A DNA stretch of 64,000 nt from Candidatus Omnitrophota bacterium (GTDB lineage: Bacteria; Omnitrophota; Gorgyraeia; Zapsychrales; Fredricksoniimonadaceae), in NCBI GenBank assembly GCA_903908245.1, contig CAIVRE010000022.1, positions 864 to 64,863 of the forward strand, written 5' to 3'. Below, piece after piece: positions 18,750 to 28,119 of the stretch. How positions within the stretch are numbered: the stretch's first letter is position 1; each line of letters begins with the position of its first letter. Made by a program: the position numbers and the translations under genes. Under the pieces are notes generated by a model, which saw only the letters and a list, made by a program, of their open reading frames with translations, made no database searches and had not been told where the DNA came from.

Positions 18750-19663
18750 TATTATCGATCTTTTTTCACTGGTTCTTCGTGTGCCTGACCGCGCCGTTCT
18801 TTCTTGGCGTGATCGGCAGGGTCAAGGCTTTTGCCTCGGGTAAGGTAGGACCGCCTTTATTGCAGCCGTATTTTGATCTGGGCAAGCTTTTTCGTAAAAG
18901 AAGCATATACAGCCGCAATATGACATGGGTATTTCGTCTGGCTCCGGCCGTCACTTTTGCGGCAATGCTTGCGGTGTCTTTGCTGGTCCCGTTCGGTGCA
19001 TTAAAAGCGCCGGTCCAGTTCGAGGGAGATATCCTTTTGATCGTGGGGGTCCTGGCGCTTAGCCGGTTCTTTATGATCGCGGCTGCGATGGATACGGGGT
19101 TTAGCATGGAAGGCATGGGGGCCAGCCGTGAAGCGTTCTTCGCGTGCCTTTCTGAAGTCGCGCTTTTCATGAATTTTATTACCCTGGCGCTTTTGGCACA
19201 TAGTCTCTCGCTTTCAAGGATGCTTGGCGCGGATAGTCCTGTCTCCTGGAATCTCCTTGGGCCTGCACTCCTTTTGGTGGTGGCCAGTTTTTTCATTGTA
19301 TTTCTGGCGGAGAATTGCCGTATCCCGATTGACGATCCTGATACGCATCTGGAACTGACCATGATCCATGAGGTGATGCTTCTGGAGCATGGCGGGGTGG
19401 ATCTGGCGTATATGTTTTACGCGGCGGCAGTGAAATTTTTTATTTTTGCGGCGATATTGGTCCCTATTATCCTTCCTGTTCAAACGGAGTATCTTTGTGT
19501 GCGAATGATGTCTTTTCTTGGCGGGATGCTGGGATTATCGGTCCTGGTTGGGATCGTGGAATCGTCGATGGCGCGTATCCGTCTTGACCGGGTCAGGAAC
19601 CTTTTATTGATCTCTTTTGCTTTGGCGTTTTTCGGCCTTATTGTCGCGCTGTGGAGGGGGTAG
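18746..19663 (+). CDS. hyfC: Hydrogenase-4/Ehr NuoH-like subunit (HyfC/HycD)
   Basis: GPPLLQPYFDLGKL, GMGASRE, AENCRIPIDDPDTHLELTMIHEVMLLE. ATGA overlap with hyfB. Confidence 0.85.
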   Translation: MILSIFFHWFFVCLTAPFFLGVIGRVKAFASGKVGPPLLQPYFDLGKLFRKRSIYSRNMTWVFRLAPAVTFAAMLAVSLLVPFGALKAPVQFEGDILLIVGVLALSRFFMIAAAMDTGFSMEGMGASREAFFACLSEVALFMNFITLALLAHSLSLSRMLGADSPVSWNLLGPALLLVVASFFIVFLAENCRIPIDDPDTHLELTMIHEVMLLEHGGVDLAYMFYAAAVKFFIFAAILVPIILPVQTEYLCVRMMSFLGGMLGLSVLVGIVESSMARIRLDRVRNLLLISFALAFFGLIVALWRG

Positions 19664-19664
19664 G

Positions 19665-20318
19665 ATGACCACCTGGATCGATGCCAGCTGTATTCTGATC
19701 GTATTCTTTGCCCTGAGTATTCTGGCGACATCCCGTATTGTCGGGATGATCCAGATCTTTGTGCTGCAGTCGTTCGTCCTCAGCCTGATGCCGCTCTTTT
19801 TGCATGCCAATGCCATTTCTGCGCATGATCTTTTGCTTTCTTTCGGCACGATGCTGCTTAAGGCGGCACTTGTTCCCTTTGTCCTTTTTTGGGCGATCCG
19901 GCATATTTCCATGCGTTCCGAGGTTAAGCCTCTCATCGGGCTTGGTTCATCGATCGTTTGCGGTGCTCTTTTGATCGCCGGGGCTTTCTGGGTTTCTTTG
20001 TCGTTGCGATTGCCGGGCAGGCCGGAGACTGACCTGGGGTTGCCGTGTTCACTGGCGACCGTCCTGCTCGGGTTTATGATCATGGTGACGCGTACGCGGG
20101 CGGTGACCCAGGTTATCGGGTATTTGGTCATTGAGAACGGCATTTTTCTTTTTGCGGTATCGTTATTCGATGCCATGCCGACCCTGATCGAATTGGGGAT
20201 CCTTCTGGATATTTTTGTGGCTGTTTTTATCATGGCCATTGTGCTTAATCATATTAACGAGGAATTCGAACAGAATTCCGATATCGCGAGTCAGTCTAAA
20301 ATGGGAGAAACGTTTTGA
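19665..20318 (+). CDS. hyfE: Hydrogenase-4/Ehr subunit E
   Basis: KAALVP, QVIGYLVIENGIFLF, ELGILLDIFV. Confidence 0.85.
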   Translation: MTTWIDASCILIVFFALSILATSRIVGMIQIFVLQSFVLSLMPLFLHANAISAHDLLLSFGTMLLKAALVPFVLFWAIRHISMRSEVKPLIGLGSSIVCGALLIAGAFWVSLSLRLPGRPETDLGLPCSLATVLLGFMIMVTRTRAVTQVIGYLVIENGIFLFAVSLFDAMPTLIELGILLDIFVAVFIMAIVLNHINEEFEQNSDIASQSKMGETF

Positions 20319-21727
20319 TCTTGTCCTTGTTGATCCTGACACCGTTCTTGTGCGCTGTTTCCGTCTTGTTGCCGGTCAGAAGGATGTTCCGTGTATGGAT
20401 GTTGTGTGCCGCTGCCGTAGCCCATAATGCGGTGGTTGTTTCATTTTGGTTCCGCCTTCCGCCTGCGGAATGGAACGGTTACCTGGTCCTTGATCCTTTG
20501 GGGCTGATCGTCTTGTCGATCGTCAGTTTTCTTTTTTTGTTCGTGTCGGTATTCGGGATCGGGTATTTTGAACACGAACAGAGGCTTAATCGTACGTTCA
20601 TGACGTGTTTGCTGCTTCTTCTTTCAACGATGACGCTTGTGACGGTGAGTTATCATATGGGGCTTTTGTGGGTGGCTGTTGAAACGACAACGCTGTTCAG
20701 CGCGCCGCTTATCAGTTTTCACCGCAGCCGCGGGAGCCTGGAAGCGACCTGGAAGTATTTACTGGTTTGTTCGGTTGGTATCGCATTGGCGTTGATGGGG
20801 ACATTCTTTCTGGCTATTGCGGCCCATGATGTCCGGACGCTTCTTTTGCCGTCCTTGCTCAGCGCAGCGCCGTTGTTATCCGTCAACTGGTTGAAATTGA
20901 GCGTTATTTTCCTTCTGGTCGGCTACGGCTGCAAGATGGGTTTGGCGCCGATGCACAGCTGGAAGCCGGAGGCTTATGGCCAGGCGACAGGCATGGCGGT
21001 CGTTTTAATGGCCGGAGGCTTGACGCAATGCGCTTTTTTGGCCATTCTCCGGGTCAGCCAGATCTGTTTTAAGACGGGATTAAGCGATTTTTTTTCTTCG
21101 ATCCTGATCCTGACCGGGGTTCTGTCGCTGGTGGTCCCGGCGATATTTATTCTGGCAGAAAAGAATGTTAAAAGGTCTTTTTCCTATTCTTCCATTGAAC
21201 ATATGGGGATACTTGCGCTGGGACTCGGGTTGGGAGGCGTCGGGATCTTCGGTGCTTTATTCCATATGATCAATAATGCGCTTGCGAAAGTCGTGATGTT
21301 CCTGACGGCAGGGTCCATTGCCCAGAAATACGGCTCATCCCGGGTGGATGATGTCCGGGGACTTATAAAGACATATCCTGTGACAGGGTTATTTCTGATC
21401 GTTGCCTTGCTGGCAGGGACGGGGATGTTCCCTTTCGCCACTTTTCACAGCGAGTTGATGGTTCTTAATGCCGCGGTCATTTCCGGGCATTATGTCCTTT
21501 CCGGGGTGGCGGTTTTATGCCTGGCGGTCATGTTCATCGGAGTGTCGAGGATCGTTCTTGAGATGGTTCATGGCCAGCCGACGGAGCCGTTATTGGCAAA
21601 GAAAGAGAATCCTTTTATGAATGTGGCGATCGCGGCAGCGGCAGTAGCGCTGGTCGGGCTTGGGCTCTGGATGCCTCAGCCTCTGGAAAGAGTTCTGCGC
21701 GAAGCGGCCGCCTTGTTGGGAGCGTAA
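20315..21727 (+). CDS. hyfF: Hydrogenase-4/Ehr antiporter-like subunit F
   Basis: LWVAVETTT, SLEATWKYLLVCSVGIALA, GYGCKMGLAPMHSWKPEAY, YSSIEHMG. Confidence 0.85.
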   Translation: MILSLLILTPFLCAVSVLLPVRRMFRVWMLCAAAVAHNAVVVSFWFRLPPAEWNGYLVLDPLGLIVLSIVSFLFLFVSVFGIGYFEHEQRLNRTFMTCLLLLLSTMTLVTVSYHMGLLWVAVETTTLFSAPLISFHRSRGSLEATWKYLLVCSVGIALALMGTFFLAIAAHDVRTLLLPSLLSAAPLLSVNWLKLSVIFLLVGYGCKMGLAPMHSWKPEAYGQATGMAVVLMAGGLTQCAFLAILRVSQICFKTGLSDFFSSILILTGVLSLVVPAIFILAEKNVKRSFSYSSIEHMGILALGLGLGGVGIFGALFHMINNALAKVVMFLTAGSIAQKYGSSRVDDVRGLIKTYPVTGLFLIVALLAGTGMFPFATFHSELMVLNAAVISGHYVLSGVAVLCLAVMFIGVSRIVLEMVHGQPTEPLLAKKENPFMNVAIAAAAVALVGLGLWMPQPLERVLREAAALLGA

Positions 21728-21733
21728 GAAATC

Positions 21734-23245
21734 ATGGGATTATTTAATGGCGGGAATATTGCTTTAACGGATATTCCTGTTTTGACATCAGATGAATTTC
21801 GGGGTGAAGTTGTTCGTCACTGTCAAAGCGGCGACCGACTGGTGAATCTTTTCGGGAGTTCCGACGGGCCGCAGGGGGTGCGTTTATTCGCGGTCCTTGG
21901 GCTCGAAGATGAAGGGGGGCTTCTGGTGTTATCAACCAGGGTCCTGGCCGGATCCCCGAGTTACAGGTCGATCACCAGGGACTTGCCGGCAGCTCATTTG
22001 TTCGAGAGGGAGATCGCCGAGCAATGGGCTATCCTGCCCGAGGGGCATCCCTGGCTCAAGCCTGTCCGGTATCATGTGAATTATCGCGGCGTTGCGGATA
22101 TTTGGCCGGAGATCGAACGGCGTTCGATCCCGGGGGTGTATCCTTTTTACGCCATGGACGGCGATGAAGTTCATGAAGTGGGTGTCGGCCCGGTACATGC
22201 CGGCATTATTGAGCCCGGGCATTTCCGGTTCCAGTGCCATGGTGAAAATATTTTGCATTTGGAGATCCAGCTGGGATATCAGCATCGCGGAATTGAGCCG
22301 ATGCTGTGCGGCCGCGATTTGAAACGCGGCGTGTTACTCAGTGAATCTATTGCCGGGGATACTTCCATCGGACATTCCCTGGCCTTTTGTGAGGTTGTTG
22401 AGTCGCTGGCAGGGGTTATGGTCCCGCCCAGGGCGCAGGCTATTCGCGTTGCGGCGTTGGAGCTGGAGCGGCTGGTGAATCATGTGGGGGACCTGGGCGC
22501 TTTGGGAATGGATGCCGGGTTCCTGCCGACCAGCGCGTATTTTGGGCGGATGCGGGGTGATTATTTGAATTTATTGCTGGCGCTTACGGGCAACCGTTTT
22601 GGCAAGGGGTTATGCCGTCCGGGAGGTGTTGTGTTTGATATGGATGCCGGGATGGTGGACGAGTTTTGTTATAAGCTTAAATGTTATAAAAAAGAATTTG
22701 ATGATGTGAGCGGGCTTCTATTCTCACGGCCCTCGGTCCTGGCGCGTTTTGAAGGCGTCGGGGTGATAGCGATGGAGGAGGCTAAGATCCTTGGGCTTGT
22801 TGGGCCTGTTGCGCGCGCGAGCCAGCTGGAGCAGGATGTCCGCATTGAATATTCGTCGGGGATGTGGCAGTATTATCACATTCCGATCTCTTTATCTGCG
22901 ACGGGTGATGTGCTTGCCCGTGCTTTGGTTCGGCGGCAGGAAGTATTGCGCTCCATTGAGTTCCTGCTCAAGATACTCCCCGGGTTGCCCAAGGGGCCTG
23001 TTTCGGCCCCTGTGGGGCCGATGAAGGCGGACAGCTTTGCCGTGTCTATGGTCGAGGGATGGCGCGGGGAGATCATGCATGTCGGGATCACGGATGACCA
23101 GGGTTCTTTCACCCGTTACAAGGTCAAGGACCCCTCTTTTCATAACTGGTTCGGACTGGCACAGGCAATGCGCGGCCAGGAAATATCAGACTTTCCTTTG
23201 TGTAACAAGAGTTTCAATTTATCTTATTGCGGGCATGACCTATGA
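21734..23245 (+). CDS. Ehr large subunit (HyfG/HycE-like NuoCD fusion) lacking NiFe-binding cysteines
   Basis: FEREIAEQW..PEGHPWLKP, VGPVHAGIIEPGHFRF, LGYQHRG, VEGWRGE, KVKDPS. L1 reads SESIAGDTSIGH and the C-terminus reads SFNLSYCGHDL instead of CxxC motifs. Confidence 0.85.
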   Translation: MGLFNGGNIALTDIPVLTSDEFRGEVVRHCQSGDRLVNLFGSSDGPQGVRLFAVLGLEDEGGLLVLSTRVLAGSPSYRSITRDLPAAHLFEREIAEQWAILPEGHPWLKPVRYHVNYRGVADIWPEIERRSIPGVYPFYAMDGDEVHEVGVGPVHAGIIEPGHFRFQCHGENILHLEIQLGYQHRGIEPMLCGRDLKRGVLLSESIAGDTSIGHSLAFCEVVESLAGVMVPPRAQAIRVAALELERLVNHVGDLGALGMDAGFLPTSAYFGRMRGDYLNLLLALTGNRFGKGLCRPGGVVFDMDAGMVDEFCYKLKCYKKEFDDVSGLLFSRPSVLARFEGVGVIAMEEAKILGLVGPVARASQLEQDVRIEYSSGMWQYYHIPISLSATGDVLARALVRRQEVLRSIEFLLKILPGLPKGPVSAPVGPMKADSFAVSMVEGWRGEIMHVGITDDQGSFTRYKVKDPSFHNWFGLAQAMRGQEISDFPLCNKSFNLSYCGHDL

Positions 23246-23261
23246 ATGACCGGGTGGATCA

Positions 23262-23939
23262 ATGTTGAGGATTCTGATAACACGTTTTAAACAGGGGTGC
23301 CGCACTTTATCTTTCCCCAAGGGGGCGCTCCCCGTCCTTCCTGTGCGTTACCGTGGCCGCCCTGTCATTGCCGGTCAGGGAGGGGCGCTGGATCTTGGCG
23401 CAATGACTTTTATCCCTGACAGCGGGGTCCGGTATTCCAATGACTTCCGAATGGCGGTGAGGCGGAGGGAAGATCTGATCCTTAAGGGGGATGAGTACGC
23501 GCTGGCACGGGCAGTGAATGACGGGATCGTGAAAATGTTCGGACGTTCGCTGAAACTTCGGCAGGTCTCGGCCGGGGGGTGCAACGCGTGTGAGGCGGAC
23601 ATTAATGTTTTGAACACGCCTGTGTTCGATCTTAGCCGTTTTGGGATCCAGTTCGTGGCGTCTCCCCGGCATGCCGATGGCATTGTTGTGACTGGCCCTG
23701 TTACGCGCAATATGCGGGAGGCGCTCGTGAAGACCTACGAGGCGGTCCCGGACCCAAAGATCGTTATTGCCGTCGGGGCTTGTGCTGTTTCGGGGGGGAT
23801 CTTTGCGGATACTCCGCAATGTTCCAACGGATTGGGGGATATTCTTCCTGTCGACCTGTATATTCCCGGTTGCCCTCCGCATCCGTTAACGATCCTCGAT
23901 GGGCTGTTAAGATTGATCGGAAGGTTAAGCAAGGGGTAG
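23262..23939 (+). CDS. Ehr small subunit (NuoB/HycG-like Fe-S protein)
   Basis: SAGGCNACE, ASPRHADGIVVTG, AVGACAVSGG, VDLYIPGCPPHP. Confidence 0.85.
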   Translation: MLRILITRFKQGCRTLSFPKGALPVLPVRYRGRPVIAGQGGALDLGAMTFIPDSGVRYSNDFRMAVRRREDLILKGDEYALARAVNDGIVKMFGRSLKLRQVSAGGCNACEADINVLNTPVFDLSRFGIQFVASPRHADGIVVTGPVTRNMREALVKTYEAVPDPKIVIAVGACAVSGGIFADTPQCSNGLGDILPVDLYIPGCPPHPLTILDGLLRLIGRLSKG

Positions 23940-24004
23940 TTGCAGGCCGGATCTTTTCGAGGATTTCTTTAAGGGATCGTTTCGAATATGTTAAAATAAA
24001 ATCC

Positions 24005-25387
24005 ATGTCATTTCGTGTCCGCCTTACAATAGCGATGATCCTTTCAATGTTGCTGATCGTTGTTTTAAGCAATATTGTTATCCAGCGGTTTCTTCTCAAT
24101 GCCCAGCTCCAGGAATTACGGGACAAGCTCAAGACAGTGGCCCAGACTGCGGCCGTTAGTGTCGATCCTTCTGTTTTGCAGGCGATCCCTTTGAATAAAG
24201 AGGGGGTTCATTCGCCTGCTTACAAGACAGTTGCGAATTTTCTTGTCCGGGTCCGTGACAACAATCAAAAGATACAGTATATTTATATTCTTACCAGGGT
24301 TGGGAAAGAGGGGTTTTGGCGGTTTGTTGCTGATATTGACTCGAAGAATGTTAAAGACAAGGCTGCGGCGTTCCCCGGGGATAAATATGATGCCTCCCGT
24401 TTTTCGGAGATGCTCAAGGCCTGGGAGGGGCCTTCATCGGACAAGGATATTGAGGTTGATGAGTGGGGGGCTTCTCTGTCGGGTTATGCGCCGATCAGGG
24501 GTGCGGATGGTCAGACCATCGCGGTCCTGGGGGTGGATATATCGGCAGGGAATTATTATGCCACACTTCGTGTGGTCAATGACCGGACCCTTTTGTTGTT
24601 CTTCGCGGGCGTTCTTCTTTCTCTTGTTGTCGGTGTACTGATGTCGATCTATATCACGGCACCTATTGAGGCATTGGTGGAGGGGACAAAGCGCCTCAGC
24701 CTGGGGGACTTGCAGCATAAAGTCCCTGTAAGAAGAAAAGACGAGATCGGACAGCTGGCCGTGTCTTTTAACAAGATGGCGGGTGATCTTGACAGCGCGA
24801 GAGAACAGAACCTGAATTATTTCTATGGCGTTATCAAGGCACTGGTGCGTATTGTTGAGGCAAAGGACAAATATACCCGTGGTCATTCGGAGCGGGTAGC
24901 CGAGTATGCTGCGGGGATCGCGGCCAAGATGGGGTTTTCCAGGGATGATATTAATTTTGTCCGGCAAACGGCGGTCTTGCATGATATCGGGAAGATTGGG
25001 ATCCAGGATGATATCTTGAACAAGAACGGAGCCTTGACGGAGGAAGAGAGAGAGATCGTTAATCAGCATCCCAAGGTCGGCGAGGAGATCATTATGCCGG
25101 TGGCATTTGCGCCTGAGATGGCGGCGGTCATTCGCGGGCATCATGAGCGTTATGACGGAAAAGGTTATCCCGACTCTTTGCAGGGTGAAAATATCAGTAT
25201 TTTCTCCAAGATCATCTGCGTGGCGGATTCTTATGATGCCATGACATCCACCCGCGCTTATCGCAGTGCCCGCACGCGTGATGAGGCCATGGCCGAGATC
25301 AGAAAGAACAGGGGCACACAATTCGATCCTGCAGTTGTCGATGCTTTTTTTGCCCTCATCAACGATGAAGTCAGGGCGGTCATATGA
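24005..25387 (+). CDS. Membrane HD-GYP cyclic-dinucleotide phosphodiesterase with periplasmic sensor and HAMP domain
   Basis: Two TMs, HAMP (RKDEIGQLAVSFNKM), EAKDKYTRGHSERV, HDIGKIG, HHERYDGKGYP, VADSYDAMTS. ATG at 24005 chosen over the track start. Confidence 0.9.
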   Translation: MSFRVRLTIAMILSMLLIVVLSNIVIQRFLLNAQLQELRDKLKTVAQTAAVSVDPSVLQAIPLNKEGVHSPAYKTVANFLVRVRDNNQKIQYIYILTRVGKEGFWRFVADIDSKNVKDKAAAFPGDKYDASRFSEMLKAWEGPSSDKDIEVDEWGASLSGYAPIRGADGQTIAVLGVDISAGNYYATLRVVNDRTLLLFFAGVLLSLVVGVLMSIYITAPIEALVEGTKRLSLGDLQHKVPVRRKDEIGQLAVSFNKMAGDLDSAREQNLNYFYGVIKALVRIVEAKDKYTRGHSERVAEYAAGIAAKMGFSRDDINFVRQTAVLHDIGKIGIQDDILNKNGALTEEEREIVNQHPKVGEEIIMPVAFAPEMAAVIRGHHERYDGKGYPDSLQGENISIFSKIICVADSYDAMTSTRAYRSARTRDEAMAEIRKNRGTQFDPAVVDAFFALINDEVRAVI

Positions 25388-27429
25388 TCAATTGCTCCTG
25401 GCTTGGCCTCTTACGACGGCCTTCGATCCTTATCCCTGTTGCCTTTATTGTCTGGACAGCCTCTCTGTGGGGTTTTTTGAGCGGCCGTGTCGGGCTGACT
25501 TCGGATGCGGTTTCCTATTATGAACATACGAAATTCTTCATTGACCAGATAGGCCGCGGGCAGTTCCCTTTATGGGACCCTTATTGGAGCGGAGGTGTTC
25601 CCAATGATTTCTTTCTGCGCCGCATCGGGCCATATAATCCGTTCTTGCTGATCGTTCTTGTCCTTAACAAGCTGGGCGTGAAATTTTTAAGCGCCTATAT
25701 GATATTTCAGGCCCTGTATTTCTTTTTTGGAATGACAGGGTTTTATCTCTTGAGCCGAAAGCTGTTGAAAGACGGATCGGCCGCGTTCCTGGCTTTTTTG
25801 TTGCTGACATTCTCCGCGCTGGGCACAAGGATGTTCGATTCGTATATGCTCCTGGTCACTATTCCGGCGATATGGTTTTTTTATTTTCTGGTGTCTTTCT
25901 TTATTGAGCCCCGAAGGTCCCGCGCGGCGGGCATGACCGTGGCGTTGATGCTCCTGGTAACGACCTATGTTCCTTTGTATTTCCTGGTGATCCTGCTTTT
26001 TTTCATTCTTGCGTATGTTCTTGTTTTTTGGAGGGATATCCCTTGCCGCATATCTTCTCTTTTCGGTTTTATAGGCCGGAACAAGGCCTTTTCAGTTGTA
26101 TGCGCCGCGGCGATCCTGGCAGCCATGATCCCGGGTCTGTCTTTTTACGGAGATGCAGGGAAAGGCGGGATCGCTATTCCCGGCCGCCATTATAATACTG
26201 AAGCCAGGCATGTCCTGGTGGTCGAGCCGCAGTTGCTCAGCCCCTGGTCGATCATGGAGGAATTTTTCTTTTCGTATTATTTTACAGATCTTACCCGTAT
26301 CGCTTTTGCGATCGTTTATGTGCCGTTATTTGCTTTTTTGGTCCTTGGGGCAGGGATATTTTCCCGCCTTACGGGTTTGTTCGTTTTGTTATTCCTTTGG
26401 GGTGTGAGTTTGTTGCTTTTTTCAATGCCAATTGGGTTCCCGATGTACGGTTTTCTTTATAAATACCTCGGGTTCGTGAAATATTTCAGGAACCTTCATT
26501 TTCTTTTATGGTTTGCCGGTTTACCGATCTTTGCTTTACTTGTCGGAGAGGCCTGGAAAAACCTGGCCGAGCAGCGGTTGGAGAAGCGGTCCTGGAGATT
26601 GTTGATCGTTGTTGTTATCGTGCATTTTCTGGCTTTTCTTTTTTTGTGGTTGCAGGGAGATGCGCTGGTTTCGACTTTCCTGGCCCTGGCGCTTAGCGGC
26701 TGTGCCTGGGGGGTTTTCTTGTCACGCAGTCAACGGATCCATCAATGGCTTTTGCCGGCATTGCTTCTTGCCATTGTGGTTCAACCGGTGGAGGTTTTTT
26801 CTTATCTGTCGCGGAATTATCCCCAAGGGGAGACAGGGTCTTTTTACACGAATTTTGATTATAAATTTGCTCATATTACTCAGCATGCAGGAGAGGGCCG
26901 TATCCCTTCTTTGGAGAATAGCGCATACATGTCTTTGTCCGGAACTCCCCCTACCTTGTATTATTCAACGGATATATATAAAACCCTGCGTGCGAAAGTC
27001 GGGGCGAGTGATCTTGAGCGGTATGAGCGATTCAAGTTTTATCTTTACGATCAGCGGCCTTTGTCCGATAGCCTGACGGATGCGTTTTCCGGTGTTCCGG
27101 TCAAGGCGGACAGCGATCTTTTGCGTGTCCAGAAGTTCGGGGTCAACGAGGTGGTCATTAAGGCCCGTCTGGGTTCCCCGAAATTCGTGGTTTACAATGA
27201 TGTGAATTATCCCGGGTGGTCTTTGATGGTCAATGGGAAAGCCCAGTCATTGGAAACGACGAATGGGGCGTATAAAGGGTTTTGGTTGCCGGCTGGCGAG
27301 AGCGTGGCCAGCCTTCGGTTCGGTTCTTTTGGGAAACACTTGTTCAACTGGATCGTCATGATGTCTTTTTACGGGATGTTTTCTTATACGATCTTTTTAT
27401 ATTGCCGGAGACGGTATGCCGCAGTTTAA
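25384..27429 (+). CDS. Polytopic membrane protein, YfhO/GT-C-like
   Basis: GQFPLWDPYWSGG.P near the N-terminus, many TMs, C-terminal ND.NYPGW...VNG...NGA.KG..LPAG...L.F. Confidence 0.65.
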   Translation: MINCSWLGLLRRPSILIPVAFIVWTASLWGFLSGRVGLTSDAVSYYEHTKFFIDQIGRGQFPLWDPYWSGGVPNDFFLRRIGPYNPFLLIVLVLNKLGVKFLSAYMIFQALYFFFGMTGFYLLSRKLLKDGSAAFLAFLLLTFSALGTRMFDSYMLLVTIPAIWFFYFLVSFFIEPRRSRAAGMTVALMLLVTTYVPLYFLVILLFFILAYVLVFWRDIPCRISSLFGFIGRNKAFSVVCAAAILAAMIPGLSFYGDAGKGGIAIPGRHYNTEARHVLVVEPQLLSPWSIMEEFFFSYYFTDLTRIAFAIVYVPLFAFLVLGAGIFSRLTGLFVLLFLWGVSLLLFSMPIGFPMYGFLYKYLGFVKYFRNLHFLLWFAGLPIFALLVGEAWKNLAEQRLEKRSWRLLIVVVIVHFLAFLFLWLQGDALVSTFLALALSGCAWGVFLSRSQRIHQWLLPALLLAIVVQPVEVFSYLSRNYPQGETGSFYTNFDYKFAHITQHAGEGRIPSLENSAYMSLSGTPPTLYYSTDIYKTLRAKVGASDLERYERFKFYLYDQRPLSDSLTDAFSGVPVKADSDLLRVQKFGVNEVVIKARLGSPKFVVYNDVNYPGWSLMVNGKAQSLETTNGAYKGFWLPAGESVASLRFGSFGKHLFNWIVMMSFYGMFSYTIFLYCRRRYAAV

Positions 27430-28048
27430 GAAAGCCTCCTTTAAGGTTATATATTTTTATCTTCTTTGCGCGTTGTTCCTTTTTTTCGCTGTTGATCGCA
27501 AGAAGGTGGCGGAACATGCCTGGCCGAAAACATTAAGCCGGCTGAGGGTGGAATATTCTTACCTGGTCAATGCGGCGAATGGTATTCCTCCGGGCCATTT
27601 GCAGTTGATCGACGGAAAGCGGTATTTTAATGCGATCATCAGCATTTATGGCCAGCGTTCGGACGCGTACGCGTTCCTGGGGATGTCGTATTATTATTTG
27701 GGAGACCGCAAGCTGTCCCGGGCGTATTTTTTGAAACTAAAGGATAAAGAGCAGGGATTCTTCTGGGCTTACTATGATCTTGCGGTCCTGGCGTATTTGG
27801 ATAAGGATTATTCCGCTGCCGGGGAGTATTGCCAAACAGCGGTCCAGCTTCCGGCAGAAATGTCTGTGGCCTACATGATGGGGAGCAAGGTTTATCAGCC
27901 TTTATTCGTAGAGAATGCTTTTACGCCGCAGATATTGGCCCGGAATATCGAACGGGCAAAAATGCTTTTATTGCAGATGTTCATTGCGATCAAAGCAGGG
28001 AATAATCCCGCGCCTTTTATTGACAAGATCCCGGTCAGTGTTTTTTGA
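27416..28048 (+). CDS. Membrane-anchored TPR protein
   Basis: N-terminal TM followed by the repeats DAYAFLGMSYYYLG and WAYYDLAVLAY..KDYSAA. Confidence 0.65.
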   Translation: MPQFKKASFKVIYFYLLCALFLFFAVDRKKVAEHAWPKTLSRLRVEYSYLVNAANGIPPGHLQLIDGKRYFNAIISIYGQRSDAYAFLGMSYYYLGDRKLSRAYFLKLKDKEQGFFWAYYDLAVLAYLDKDYSAAGEYCQTAVQLPAEMSVAYMMGSKVYQPLFVENAFTPQILARNIERAKMLLLQMFIAIKAGNNPAPFIDKIPVSVF

Positions 28049-28068
28049 AGAGAAAAGAGATCCGTAGA

Positions 28069-28105
28069 AATAAAAAAGACGCCTGGATCAGGCGTCTTTT
28101 TTATT
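28069..28105. terminator. Bidirectional intrinsic terminator between convergent genes
   Basis: AATAAAAAAGACGCCTG-GAT-CAGGCGTCTTTTTTATT. Confidence 0.85.
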
Positions 28106-28119
28106 AAAGGCAAAGTTTT

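Noticed and set aside
21734-23245. Functional [NiFe] hydrogenase / formate hydrogenlyase
   Set aside because: Both Ni-binding CxxC motifs are absent, and there are no hyp or fdh genes.
23780-24004. 75-aa N-terminal extension of the HD-GYP ORF
   Set aside because: It overlaps the Ehr small subunit out of frame. ATG 24005, just before the first TM, is the plausible start.
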